From NCBI GenBank assembly GCA_023379025.1, contig JAMCTH010000005.1, forward strand, positions 20,663 to 84,662: a DNA stretch of 64,000 nucleotides. The letters run 5' to 3'. The stretch is from Patescibacteria group bacterium (GTDB lineage Bacteria > Patescibacteriota > Microgenomatia > UBA10105 > UBA927). Position numbers and translations under genes: made by a program. This document shows positions 47,621 to 57,509 of the stretch, in pieces; the first letter of the stretch is position 1, and each line of letters begins with the position of its first letter. Under the pieces are notes generated by a model, which worked only from the letters and a program-made list of their open reading frames with translations, searched no databases and had not been told where the DNA came from.

Positions 47621-48649
47621 CTACACATACCCTTTCCGGATTTTCCTTATCGTTTCGATAGTCTTCGGGATGACATACCACGGAGAAATCGGCAGATCCA
47701 TGGCATGCATGTACTTAACCGCATGCCCTCCGAAACCTTTTTTGAACAATGTTATTCCCCTCCATGGATGTTTCATGCTGTCTTCAGGAGCTATACCCCA
47801 AAAATTGTACACTTCCATTCCCCGTTTTTTTGCCTCACGGATGGCTTCCCACTGTACCAGCGCTGCAACGGGAGTACCGATGTTTATCGAAGCGCCGTGA
47901 TGGTATATCCCCTGCCGGCCGTAAAAGAGTATAAGAGCACCTGCAGCTATGGCGCCCTTGTACTCTCCCAAAAAAAGCATGCACTCCCCTTTTTTGGAAA
48001 ATTCACGGTATTCTTCCTCAATACCGGTATGGGGCACAAATCCATGACGCTCATAGGTAGCTTTATAAAGGCGGAGGAATTCCGCCATGTCTTTTCCGTC
48101 CGTTCCTTTGTGTATCCGTACTCCCCGTTTCTCCGCCTGGCGGATATCATAGCGCGTACTTTTTCTCATAGCGCCGAGAAGCTCCTGCTCGCTGTTCCGA
48201 AGATCCAGCACCCAGCAGTATTCGCCGTCCATCGCATGGACCGGTGCCGGCACGAGCCCCAATCCCCGAAACATGTCTCTTACCGCCGGTTCATCCGGTA
48301 TAAGCGGACTTATGCGGATGAACCAACACTTTTGCGACGCCGCATACGCCCTGAGATCCGAAAGAATCGCCGCTACAAATCGCGGATCCGGCCTCTCCCC
48401 GAGTACCGGACCGTGACGGATATGGAGAAAACGGCCCCGTTTTGCACGGACCACCATGCATTGAGCAAGCGCGAGAAGTTTCCCGTTCCGTTTCCATCCG
48501 ATACGGCGGACGTCATGCCCGAGAGCCCGTTGCACTTCTCCCCAGGCCCAGCTCTGAAAGAGCGACCGCGGAGCAAGACAGAGAAGTACGGACTCCCACT
48601 CTTCCTCATCGGTAATTTCACCCATCGGATAAGACATATGAGACAGCAC
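47621..48649 (-). CDS. FemABX/MurM-family peptidoglycan bridge peptidyltransferase
   Basis: FQSWAWG, HGP, RYDIRQAEK.GV, YHHGAS, YNFWGI, FKKGFGG. Confidence 0.88.
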   Translation of the reverse strand: MLSHMSYPMGEITDEEEWESVLLCLAPRSLFQSWAWGEVQRALGHDVRRIGWKRNGKLLALAQCMVVRAKRGRFLHIRHGPVLGERPDPRFVAAILSDLRAYAASQKCWFIRISPLIPDEPAVRDMFRGLGLVPAPVHAMDGEYCWVLDLRNSEQELLGAMRKSTRYDIRQAEKRGVRIHKGTDGKDMAEFLRLYKATYERHGFVPHTGIEEEYREFSKKGECMLFLGEYKGAIAAGALILFYGRQGIYHHGASINIGTPVAALVQWEAIREAKKRGMEVYNFWGIAPEDSMKHPWRGITLFKKGFGGHAVKYMHAMDLPISPWYVIPKTIETIRKIRKGYV

Positions 48650-48751
48650 TACACCCCTATCCTAACCCCTTCTGCACGGAAAATCCCGGTGTCACAGAAC
48701 CGGCGAGAAAGAGAAGAAGCGCGTTGATCATCCAGCGTATGATAAGCGGCG

Positions 48752-49432
48752 TCATATGATGACTATGTCTTCGTCTCCCTGGCTTCCAGTCTCGGAAGAA
48801 GTCCGAATCGTATGGTACTCTGCGAGAGAAAAGCTCGCTCCGTGCCCGGGATAGACGGTGACATCACCGGAAAAGCGTCCGAGGACAGTAAGTGACGACC
48901 GCAGTACGCCGCGGTCGGAATAGGGGAAATCCGTACGCCCCGTCAAGCCGTCCGCGAAAACGAGATCGCCGGAAAATAGGCTGCGGCTTTCCCGTTCGTA
49001 AAGAAGTATGCTGCCGGGTGTATGTCCGGGAGCGTGCATAACCTTCAGTGTTAGAGTACCAAGGTTCATGAGATCGCCGTCTTTCACCGGCCTGTCAACG
49101 GGGGGATGCGGATCAACCTCCCCAATCTTCAGGTACTTTTCTGCCGAACGATTCATTGTCTTCACGAGAAACAGGTCAGCCGGGTGAAGACAAAACGGCA
49201 CGCCGAACGTCCGTGATACGGCAAATGCCGCCATGATGTGATCAAGGTGCCCGTGCGTCGCGACCACGGCAACCGGCTCAATAGCAAGCGCCGCAACATG
49301 GCTGATGATATAGTCGGCATCATCACCCGGATCAATGATAACACTCTTTCCGGAACCGGCATCGGATACGATATAACAGTTTGCCGCCATGCTGCCGACC
49401 ACGAGTGTCTGTATCTGAAAACCGTGCGGCAT
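48752..49432 (-). CDS. metallo-beta-lactamase-fold hydrolase (glyoxalase II-like)
   Basis: THGHLDH, PGHTPG, FSGD, PGHG. Confidence 0.9.
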   Translation of the reverse strand: MPHGFQIQTLVVGSMAANCYIVSDAGSGKSVIIDPGDDADYIISHVAALAIEPVAVVATHGHLDHIMAAFAVSRTFGVPFCLHPADLFLVKTMNRSAEKYLKIGEVDPHPPVDRPVKDGDLMNLGTLTLKVMHAPGHTPGSILLYERESRSLFSGDLVFADGLTGRTDFPYSDRGVLRSSLTVLGRFSGDVTVYPGHGASFSLAEYHTIRTSSETGSQGDEDIVII

Positions 49433-49441
49433 AGAATGCTG

Positions 49442-50404
49442 TCAGTTGGTAAACTCCTGCGTAAACATTTCTCCGTATATTCCGCCGCTGATGATTCCGA
49501 TTCCGACCCGGTGAAATGCCGGGTCCAGAATATTTCTCCGGTGACCGGGGCTGTTCATCAGTCCCTGGTGGGCTATCTGAACATCCGGAGCATACGCGAG
49601 GTTTTCCCCGATGACGGAAAATGAAATACCGGCGGCCTCTGCCCGGTACGCCACATCATGACCGTCCGGATCAATATGCGAGAAATAGTGCCGTACAAAC
49701 ATGTCGCGGCTTTTTGCCCGCGCCAACGACGCGAGAGCGGGATCGCTCACCAATGCCCCAACCCCTGCTTTAGCGCGTTCGGCATTGACCAGTGAGAGCA
49801 TTTCCCGTTCCGCCGCTTCATCTGTGGTAAGGGACGACGGCGTTACGTCAATGGGGATACTTTCGTTTGATTTTGGTTCGACGGTCAGAAATTTTGTCGC
49901 TTCACGTCCGACGGTCTGAACCGTTCCGGTAATTGTCCCCCCGTACTGCTCCCCAAGCCGGACAAGGCGCGAACCGAGGAACGAACCGGTGATATCCTGC
50001 CGTATCGTACCCCGAAGAGGCAGCGATGTCGCAAGGATCAGGAAAAAAGCGAGGATAATCAGTCCGTTCACGACCGATACGAAGGATCCCAGTACTCGAT
50101 TGGTACGCGACACATGTACGGCATCCGGAAACCGTGATACGATACGGGACAATAACTCGGACAGCACAAATTCCGAAAGAAGTGCCACTCCGACATATCC
50201 CAGAATGTTTGCCCAGGCCGACGGCACTCCGAATTTTAGTGCGATGAATGCCGCCGCAGCACTGTAATACCGCAGCGCCAGCCAGAGCGCCGCAAGAAGA
50301 GACAGAAAGCTTGCAATAAGGGATAATAACCCTGCCTCCCACCCCTCGATAAAAAAATAAAAAGCGACAACAGCTATGATGATATCGACCCAGTTGAACT
50401 GCAT
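49442..50404 (-). CDS. CvpA-like membrane domain fused to a CAP/SCP domain
   Basis: N.VD...EG...G TM domain; VNAER, YFSH, GENLA, LMNSPGHRRNIL. Confidence 0.85.
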   Translation of the reverse strand: MQFNWVDIIIAVVAFYFFIEGWEAGLLSLIASFLSLLAALWLALRYYSAAAAFIALKFGVPSAWANILGYVGVALLSEFVLSELLSRIVSRFPDAVHVSRTNRVLGSFVSVVNGLIILAFFLILATSLPLRGTIRQDITGSFLGSRLVRLGEQYGGTITGTVQTVGREATKFLTVEPKSNESIPIDVTPSSLTTDEAAEREMLSLVNAERAKAGVGALVSDPALASLARAKSRDMFVRHYFSHIDPDGHDVAYRAEAAGISFSVIGENLAYAPDVQIAHQGLMNSPGHRRNILDPAFHRVGIGIISGGIYGEMFTQEFTN

Positions 50405-50435
50405 GCTACCTGCAAGTATACCTCCCTTCGGGTAT

Positions 50436-51674
50436 TCAGGCAAAACTGCCGGCGAGACGCTCTTCGAGAACCGCGCGTGCGCGGGCAAGCGGCAGTGTCG
50501 TCGGGAGATTTATGATGCTAAGCGCCGCCTTCTCTGCCTCGGGACAACTGCCCTTCCGGTATCCGACCGCCGTAAAGTTTACCCCTCCGGGATCGATGAT
50601 ATTGTGGTACCAATTTCCGAGCAGTACCCCCCGGGCCTGAGCGGTTTTTCTTACCTTCTCCGGGTCGCGGACAAGGATGGGGTACCGCAGAAATCCTGCA
50701 TCTCGAAGCCGTTCTCCGGAAACCCCGGCTCCGAAACCCCGTAGCTGAGCTTCATAGTAGGTTGCCGCGGTCTGACGGAGGCGAATAAGTGCCCCGAGTT
50801 TCCCAAGCTGCGGGAGCAGCAATCCTGCGAGCGCGTTGGGATAGCGCTCGGGAAATATCCCCGGACGTTTTCCCTGTTTTTCCGAAGGATACACCGGGAA
50901 GGATAATACGTGCAGCCGCTGCAGCACAACTAACAGAAGCTTTCCGATACCCAACGTATAGAGAGGAAGAATCACGGCAAATGCGATCGGGTGGAGCAGC
51001 TGTTGGACGATAAAAAACCACGACGGGAACGGCAGCGACTCTTGAAACGCAAGAAGCTTCCGCTGCGCATCCCTATGCGTGTCCCGCACGATCGCCATGC
51101 CGCCGAATACACTGGAAACGGCTTTATCCCGTCCGAAACTGAAAACTGCCGCGTCTCCCATACTCCCCAGAAGCTTCCCTTTCCATTTTGCTCCGAGCGC
51201 ATGGGCGCAGTCTTCGATGAGCATGATAGTATTGTCGTCACAAAGCGTCCGGAACGCATCCATATCCGCGGGGATACCGAATGTATGCTGTACGATGATT
51301 GCCTTCGTCCGTGGCGAAATCTTCTTCTTTGCATCCTCCGGATCCATATTGTAGTACCGGTCGATATCGGCATACACGGGCGTTGCGCCGGTCCATAAAA
51401 CGCTGTTGGGTACCGCAACACAGGTAAAAGCCTGTACGATGACTTCATCACCCGGACCTATTCCGAACGACCGGAGCACCGCCATGAGCGCGCTCCTGCC
51501 GCTATTGAACGATACGGCGCTGTACCCCCGAAAGCGCATACGGAACCAGGATTCCGTCCGTCCGATATCCGGGCCCCGTTGCCAAAGCCGCGGACGGAAA
51601 AGAAGCGAAACCGCCTTTTTAACATCGGATCCACCGGTATTCGGAGAAAGCGATGCGGAGATTATGGTGTTCAT
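50436..51674 (-). CDS. DegT/DnrJ-family PLP aminotransferase
   Basis: NSGRSAL, QAFTC, QHTFG, IEDCAHALG, FSFGRDK. Confidence 0.9.
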   Translation of the reverse strand: MNTIISASLSPNTGGSDVKKAVSLLFRPRLWQRGPDIGRTESWFRMRFRGYSAVSFNSGRSALMAVLRSFGIGPGDEVIVQAFTCVAVPNSVLWTGATPVYADIDRYYNMDPEDAKKKISPRTKAIIVQHTFGIPADMDAFRTLCDDNTIMLIEDCAHALGAKWKGKLLGSMGDAAVFSFGRDKAVSSVFGGMAIVRDTHRDAQRKLLAFQESLPFPSWFFIVQQLLHPIAFAVILPLYTLGIGKLLLVVLQRLHVLSFPVYPSEKQGKRPGIFPERYPNALAGLLLPQLGKLGALIRLRQTAATYYEAQLRGFGAGVSGERLRDAGFLRYPILVRDPEKVRKTAQARGVLLGNWYHNIIDPGGVNFTAVGYRKGSCPEAEKAALSIINLPTTLPLARARAVLEERLAGSFA

Positions 51675-53158
51675 GGTTTTGTTGCAGCTGCAAGCTCCAT
51701 AAAGCGTCGAAGCATCGTCTCCGATTCCTTTCCCTTAAACAGCACCGTATCGCCCGACGTAACGGCAGAGTACAGCCGGCGCGCTCCTTCCCGCGCCGTC
51801 AGGACGCTGACTGTTGCAGCTCCTCCGGATCCCCTGACGCCGGACAGAAATTCTTTTTCATGGTCACTGTTGGTGAGTATGATCCCGTCGCAGACGCGGC
51901 CCGCCGCTTCCCCCACGCGCCGGTGACTTTCCGCGGCAAAAGAACCGAGCTCTATCATCGGCTGAAATACCAAAAACCGTCCGTGCGGTCGGGATGCAAG
52001 ATAGGCAATCGCTGCAAGCGCCGCATCCGGGTTATTATTGAATGTATCATTGATCACCAGAGCGCCGCCCGACGTCTTGAAGGGTTCCATGGTTTTTCTG
52101 TACGGCCGGATCATTTCTGCAGCCCGGACGGCGTCAGAAAACTTCATGCCGGCAGCACACGCGGCGGCAATTGCCAGAGCTATATTGGTCGCCTGATGAA
52201 GACCCAGAACGTGGGCGGTAACCGTTGCCCGTTTACCGCGATATTGCACCTCAAATGTTACGCCGTCCGGCGTGTCCTTTACCGACCCGAACGTTATGGC
52301 CTCTTCCGCCGCATCTCCGGTTTGCTTTCCGCGGCCTACTGCCCACACGTGAACTCCGTCCTTTCGGGCGTCCCGGGCCATATGGCATACATAGGAATTG
52401 TCCGTATTCATGACGCCGATACGCATACCCGATAACCCGCCTAAGAGCTCATATTTTGCCCGGACCGTTCCCTCAACCGAACCAAAAAGATCCTGATGCT
52501 GGGCATTTATAGCGGTGACAATACCGATCTCAGGCCGTACCATATCGGCCATGAACCGTATTTCTCCCGGTTTGTATGCGCCCATTTCCACGATGAAATA
52601 CCCGTGTTCCGGTTGAAGGCGCCGGATAATCACTTCCGCGATACCGATCGGTGCGTTTTTACTGGCTTCCGTTGTCAGTACACGGTATTGGCTGCCGAGT
52701 ATGGTCCCAAGATATTCCTTAACGGATGTTTTGCCATAGCTTCCGGTAATACCGATAACCACCATCGGCCGGTGGTGCCGGAGCAGTGATACGGCGCGGG
52801 CAATGATTACGCGGTGATACACCCACGTCGGCATCCTGAGACATCCGACGATGAGGGCAGTGACCGGAAAGGAAAGAATATCAACAAGAACAAGGCGAAG
52901 AATAAGCGGCAAGGGAATCACCAGAAAAAAAGCTCCCAAAACGACAAGCGTCCCTCCGATAAGACTGACCGATTTAGGCGAAACCGGAGGTCTTCTCCAG
53001 GGGGGAACATACAGCCGTCTGCCCTCTGGCGTACCAAGGTGGATGCGCATGCGGTCAAACCGGTATTCTTTGATGTACCAAAGCCGTGCAAATGAACAGA
53101 CATTACCGAAGATCCGCAGAAACCACACCGCGGTCAGAAACTGGAGAAAAATATTCAT
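51671..53158 (-). CDS. murF: MurF-like ligase with N-terminal membrane segments
   Basis: GITGSYGKTSVK, EMGAY, INDTFNNNP, M.ELG, LFKG. Confidence 0.82.
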   Translation of the reverse strand: MNIFLQFLTAVWFLRIFGNVCSFARLWYIKEYRFDRMRIHLGTPEGRRLYVPPWRRPPVSPKSVSLIGGTLVVLGAFFLVIPLPLILRLVLVDILSFPVTALIVGCLRMPTWVYHRVIIARAVSLLRHHRPMVVIGITGSYGKTSVKEYLGTILGSQYRVLTTEASKNAPIGIAEVIIRRLQPEHGYFIVEMGAYKPGEIRFMADMVRPEIGIVTAINAQHQDLFGSVEGTVRAKYELLGGLSGMRIGVMNTDNSYVCHMARDARKDGVHVWAVGRGKQTGDAAEEAITFGSVKDTPDGVTFEVQYRGKRATVTAHVLGLHQATNIALAIAAACAAGMKFSDAVRAAEMIRPYRKTMEPFKTSGGALVINDTFNNNPDAALAAIAYLASRPHGRFLVFQPMIELGSFAAESHRRVGEAAGRVCDGIILTNSDHEKEFLSGVRGSGGAATVSVLTAREGARRLYSAVTSGDTVLFKGKESETMLRRFMELAAATKP

Positions 53159-53928
53159 ACCCGGGACAAAAATGCCTCAACGGTTTTTGCAAAAAGGGCA
53201 GGCTGACGGAACGGTACGGAATGATTTGCGTGTTCAAGAATGATAAGCTCGGATCCGCGGATTACCCGCTGCATCCGGCGTGCTATGGCAACCGGACAGA
53301 TCGTATCTTCCTCGCCCCAGATGAGCGCCGCGGGTACACGGACCGCCCGCATACATTCTTCCAGTTCCTCCTGCACAATAACCTTGAAGGTATCCCGCAT
53401 GACGCCTTCCGCACGGTAAAAATCACGGGCTCCCACGAGGTAGTAATACCAGAGCCGGAGCTGATTCTGTACGACGGAAAGCATGGGAAGGGAAAAAATA
53501 AATTTACCGACTTTGGCAATAAAGATGAAAATCTGGAGTTTCTTTCTGGGTACGGGCGTGTACCCGGGCGCGCCGCTCAGGATCAGGGCGGAAAGTCCGC
53601 CGGCAAACATCTCCTGATACCGGAGGGCAACGCGTCCCCCGAACGAATGGCCTATGACAACCGGTTTTGCAACATGTTTTTCCCTCAGAAACAGGTGTAC
53701 GTATTCCGCATATTCACCGAGCGTCAGAGGATGCTCGGGCATCGGGGACCTGCCGAATCCCGGAAGATCCGGAGCCAAGACGGTATACCCTGCGGTTTCC
53801 AGCGTCCGTCCAAGCGGCGCAAACACTGCTCCGGACAACCCCCATCCGTGAAGAATGAGTATGGTCTTCGCCTTCGTTTTCATACCGTCAAAGTTTCCGG
53901 CGGAATGCGTCGCGGTCTTCCCCGACAT
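53155..53928 (-). CDS. alpha/beta hydrolase
   Basis: LHGWG, DLPGFG, GHSFGG, WGEED, H. Start may be 53883. Confidence 0.9.
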   Translation of the reverse strand: MSGKTATHSAGNFDGMKTKAKTILILHGWGLSGAVFAPLGRTLETAGYTVLAPDLPGFGRSPMPEHPLTLGEYAEYVHLFLREKHVAKPVVIGHSFGGRVALRYQEMFAGGLSALILSGAPGYTPVPRKKLQIFIFIAKVGKFIFSLPMLSVVQNQLRLWYYYLVGARDFYRAEGVMRDTFKVIVQEELEECMRAVRVPAALIWGEEDTICPVAIARRMQRVIRGSELIILEHANHSVPFRQPALFAKTVEAFLSRV

Positions 53929-55195
53929 GCTTCCTATTGGCGCTCACGCGGGTTTCCACGATAGTACGGACAAAACTTCCGTCCGGAACGTCCCGGTCGA
54001 CAAGGCTACCGGCGCCGATAAAACTGTTCCCGCCGATCTTCACTCCGGGCATAGTGCTCGCATTTACCCCGATCCGTACGTTTTTGCCGATAATCGCCCC
54101 GAGCTTGTTCCTGCCCGTTGGGATCCGTTCCTGTTTTACGGCGGAAACAATCTCTTCCTCATCCAGCCGTAAGTTGGCAAGGACCGTTCCCGAACCCATG
54201 CTGATGTTTTCCTCAAGGACACTGTCCCCGACGTAATTATTATGGAACCAGCAGTTTTTTCCGACGTAGCTTCTCGTGATATCGCTGCTGAAGCCGGTTA
54301 CCGTCCCCTCACCGATGTGACTCGCCCGTATCATGGTGTTGGTGCCGACTATCGCGTTATCGCCGATATAGGCCGGTCCGACTATCTTTACGTTTTCCAG
54401 TATCCGGACGTTATCGCCTATCCATACCGGCACCGGGTATCGCGCGGATTTATTAATTTCCGTATGGTTCCCCCTGTGGGAAGAAAGACGGGTCAGGAGA
54501 ATTTCCATGACATCCAAAATTTGCCAGGGATACTTAAGCGACGCAAAAGGCCCTTTGTACGGTTCCATGGAAAAGTTCTCTTCTGACATGAGAGACGTCA
54601 GCGCACGTTCGTATACATCATCCCGGTCGCTTGTCGTCGACCTGAGCTTCCTGAGAAATGCATCGCCGTGGATAATGAAATGGCCGGTGATATCTGCGTA
54701 GGGACTGGGTTCATTCCCTGCCCCGGGCTTTTCCCTGATTGCCCGGATCCTGTCGTTCACGATCTCGAAATATCCGATCGGCAGATACTGACCGGTTTTT
54801 AATCCGGGCAATACTCCTCCTTTAGCAAGACCTCCTCCGCGCTTCAGAACCTTAGCGTAAAGTGACGGATCGGTCACATCGTCTGCAATGACAACCAGAA
54901 GCGAAGCGCCGCCGATCTGACTTTCCGCGGACAATATGGCATCGGCCATGCCGAGCGGGCGCTCCTGTACGACCGTGACGTGCGGCACGGGAAGCCTGAG
55001 CGCATCCAGGACATCGTGATTGACCGTGTTGGTGATTATGACGGCACGTGTAACCCCCTTGGGAAGTACATCCCTCACCGTATAGGAAAAAAACGGCTTC
55101 CCCATAAAAGGAAAGAGGATCTTATTTTCCGTAATGGGCCAGAAACGGCTTCCTGAGCCTCCGGCGCAAACGACGGCAACAATTTCATGTTTCAC
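53888..55195 (-). CDS. GlmU-like nucleotidyltransferase with left-handed beta-helix domain
   Basis: AGGSGSRFWP...K, Q..PLG, YPW, hexapeptide repeats, YVGDS, KLGA.IG. Confidence 0.85.
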   Translation of the reverse strand: MKHEIVAVVCAGGSGSRFWPITENKILFPFMGKPFFSYTVRDVLPKGVTRAVIITNTVNHDVLDALRLPVPHVTVVQERPLGMADAILSAESQIGGASLLVVIADDVTDPSLYAKVLKRGGGLAKGGVLPGLKTGQYLPIGYFEIVNDRIRAIREKPGAGNEPSPYADITGHFIIHGDAFLRKLRSTTSDRDDVYERALTSLMSEENFSMEPYKGPFASLKYPWQILDVMEILLTRLSSHRGNHTEINKSARYPVPVWIGDNVRILENVKIVGPAYIGDNAIVGTNTMIRASHIGEGTVTGFSSDITRSYVGKNCWFHNNYVGDSVLEENISMGSGTVLANLRLDEEEIVSAVKQERIPTGRNKLGAIIGKNVRIGVNASTMPGVKIGGNSFIGAGSLVDRDVPDGSFVRTIVETRVSANRKHVGEDRDAFRRKL

Positions 55196-56526
55196 ACATC
55201 CTCCTTCCGTCGGGTGATACCCGCCCCGAGTTTCCGTAACCGTATTTCGATGTGTTCATAACCGCGGTCTATCTGTTCAACGCCGCGCACCATACTTTCA
55301 CCCTCCGCGGCAAGGGCGGCAAGAACAACGGTTGCCCCCGCACGCAGATCCTGAATCTCCAGTATGCCGTTGTGAAGCCTGGTCGGACCGCTGATCCGTA
55401 TGCCCTGATGGTACCCCTGTATCCGGTCGGCCCAGTTAAAATTATAAAACCGTTCCGGATCCCGGACCGGAGGATCAAAAAAAGATATATCCGCACCAAG
55501 TTTTTTGAGTTCCGCGACATATGAAAACCTGCTTTCAAACACGGTCTCATGGATGGTGGATACCCCGTGTGCCTGTGTCATGAGAACCGCCCAGGGAGCC
55601 TGCCAATCGGTCATAAATCCGGGATACGGCGCTGTGGTGATATGGCTCGGGCGATACCCGGTGCCGGCGGCATACCGTGTCGTCTCAGGGCCCACGCGTT
55701 CAACCTTTCCGCCGCACTCCCCGAGAAGCTTCGTGAAGACGTCCAGATGTCTGGCACAACTATTCCGGACGACGATATCCCCGCCCGTAACGCACGCGGC
55801 CAATGCAAACGTCACTTCTTCATTTCTGTCAGACATGATCGAGTGCGTGGCACCGTTTAGGGATGGTACTCCGTGAATAACGATCTCCCGCGTCTTTGTC
55901 CTGCGGATCTTTGCACCCATATGATTAAGAAACGCAATCAGATCATCTATCTCCACTTCGGCAGCCGCGTTCTCGAGGACTGTTTCTCCTTCGGCCAGCA
56001 CTGCGGCAAGCAGAAGCGTTTCCGTACCGGTGTGCGTATTTTTATCGAAGCGGTATCGCACGCCGTGCAGTCGGGACGCCTCTGCATGAAAATATCCGTC
56101 ATGGGGATCATATCGCACTGCCGCGCCCATCTTCGTCAATCCCAGAATATGCCGGTCTATGGGACGCGCTCCGATCCTGCAGCCGCCCGGATTCGGAATC
56201 ACTGCCTCGCCGTAGCGCGCGAGAAGCGGCCCCAATACCATGGACGATGTCCGAAGCCGCGCGCCAAGAGAAAGCGGCACTTCTTTTTTCCCTTCATGGG
56301 TGCGCCGTATCCGGAGAACCTTCCCCCGCTCGGTCACTGTCATGCCGAGCGTCCGGATGACATCACACATGATGCGTACATCGGCAATATCCGGAATATT
56401 ACGAAGCTCCACCTCCTTGTCCGTCAAAAGCGTTGCGGCCAGGGCTTTGAGAGCGGCATTTTTTGCGCCGCTCACCGCTACTTCCCCGGATAACGGCCTA
56501 CCGCCGTGTATTAAAAACGTTTCCAT
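55192..56526 (-). CDS. murA: UDP-GlcNAc enolpyruvyl transferase
   Basis: GAKNA, PGGCRIGARP (active-site Cys), PGFMTD.Q, DLRAG, IDRGYE. Confidence 0.96.
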   Translation of the reverse strand: METFLIHGGRPLSGEVAVSGAKNAALKALAATLLTDKEVELRNIPDIADVRIMCDVIRTLGMTVTERGKVLRIRRTHEGKKEVPLSLGARLRTSSMVLGPLLARYGEAVIPNPGGCRIGARPIDRHILGLTKMGAAVRYDPHDGYFHAEASRLHGVRYRFDKNTHTGTETLLLAAVLAEGETVLENAAAEVEIDDLIAFLNHMGAKIRRTKTREIVIHGVPSLNGATHSIMSDRNEEVTFALAACVTGGDIVVRNSCARHLDVFTKLLGECGGKVERVGPETTRYAAGTGYRPSHITTAPYPGFMTDWQAPWAVLMTQAHGVSTIHETVFESRFSYVAELKKLGADISFFDPPVRDPERFYNFNWADRIQGYHQGIRISGPTRLHNGILEIQDLRAGATVVLAALAAEGESMVRGVEQIDRGYEHIEIRLRKLGAGITRRKEDV

Positions 56527-57509
56527 CAGAAATCCCCCATACGCCGTATTTCTTCCTCAAGCGTCACGCCGTACTGATCATGAACGCGCCGGCGCATTTC
56601 CTCTATCAATTGTACAACATCTGAAGCCTTCGCATGCCCCAGATTGATGATAAAATTCGCATGGACCGGAGACACCTGTGCATCTCCGACGCGATATCCT
56701 TTAAGCCCGGCGTGATCGATCAGAAACCCTGCTGATGTGGTGTGATTCGGGGTCGGAATGGAAATGGCCTCCGATACCGTCAGATTACGGAACGTGCACC
56801 CCGGGGAGGAAACCCCCTGAGGCTGCGTCTTCCTGCGGTATCCGATACTTTCATTGGCTGTCTTCCATAACAGCTCCTTGTCGCCCGGAGTGAGGGCAAA
56901 CACAACCCGGAGCACGATATCCGCCGTCTTCTGCATATGGCTTGTGTCATAGGAAAAACGGAAATATGCCCTGGGAACGGTTTGCACCTCATTGTCCCCG
57001 TTCAGAATCGTCGCCTGATAGACCGCGTCTCCGACAGCACCCTCCGGATGGGTCCATTTTGAATTCATAAAGACAGCGCCTCCTACCGTTCCGGGAAGAC
57101 CGAGATGCATTTCCAGTCCCCCGAGCCCCTCCTCAATCGTGGTCCTCACGAGCTGGTTCATCCCGAGGCCGCTGTCCGCTTCCACGTATACCTTTCCGGA
57201 CTGTTTTTTCCCTTTCTGTATGACTCCCGTAGCACCGCGTATGGAAACGGAGGAGGTAAGGTTCCGTATGACCAACCCCTTCATGCCCCGATCTCCTATC
57301 AGGATATTTGACCCGCCTCCCAGTACGGTAACGGACAGGGAGAGCGATCTTCCGAGACAGACGGCGCGGGCCAGTTCCTCCGCAGACCGGATTTCGATAA
57401 AGTATTCAGCGGGCCCCCCGATTTTAAAGGTGGTATACGGAGCAAGCGGCACATCTCTTCCGACCGTATCGCCGAATTCTTTTTTGAGTTCAGAGAATGG
57501 ATTATTCAT
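56526..57509 (-). CDS. murB: UDP-N-acetylenolpyruvylglucosamine reductase
   Basis: TTFKIGGPA, GGGSN, PGTVGGAV.MN, GCTFRN, HANFIIN. Start moved to MNNP. Confidence 0.95.
   Translation of the reverse strand: MNNPFSELKKEFGDTVGRDVPLAPYTTFKIGGPAEYFIEIRSAEELARAVCLGRSLSLSVTVLGGGSNILIGDRGMKGLVIRNLTSSVSIRGATGVIQKGKKQSGKVYVEADSGLGMNQLVRTTIEEGLGGLEMHLGLPGTVGGAVFMNSKWTHPEGAVGDAVYQATILNGDNEVQTVPRAYFRFSYDTSHMQKTADIVLRVVFALTPGDKELLWKTANESIGYRRKTQPQGVSSPGCTFRNLTVSEAISIPTPNHTTSAGFLIDHAGLKGYRVGDAQVSPVHANFIINLGHAKASDVVQLIEEMRRRVHDQYGVTLEEEIRRMGDF

Noticed and set aside
48752-49432. Metallo-beta-lactamase as an antibiotic resistance gene
   Set aside because: No signal peptide; motifs fit cytoplasmic glyoxalase II-like hydrolases.
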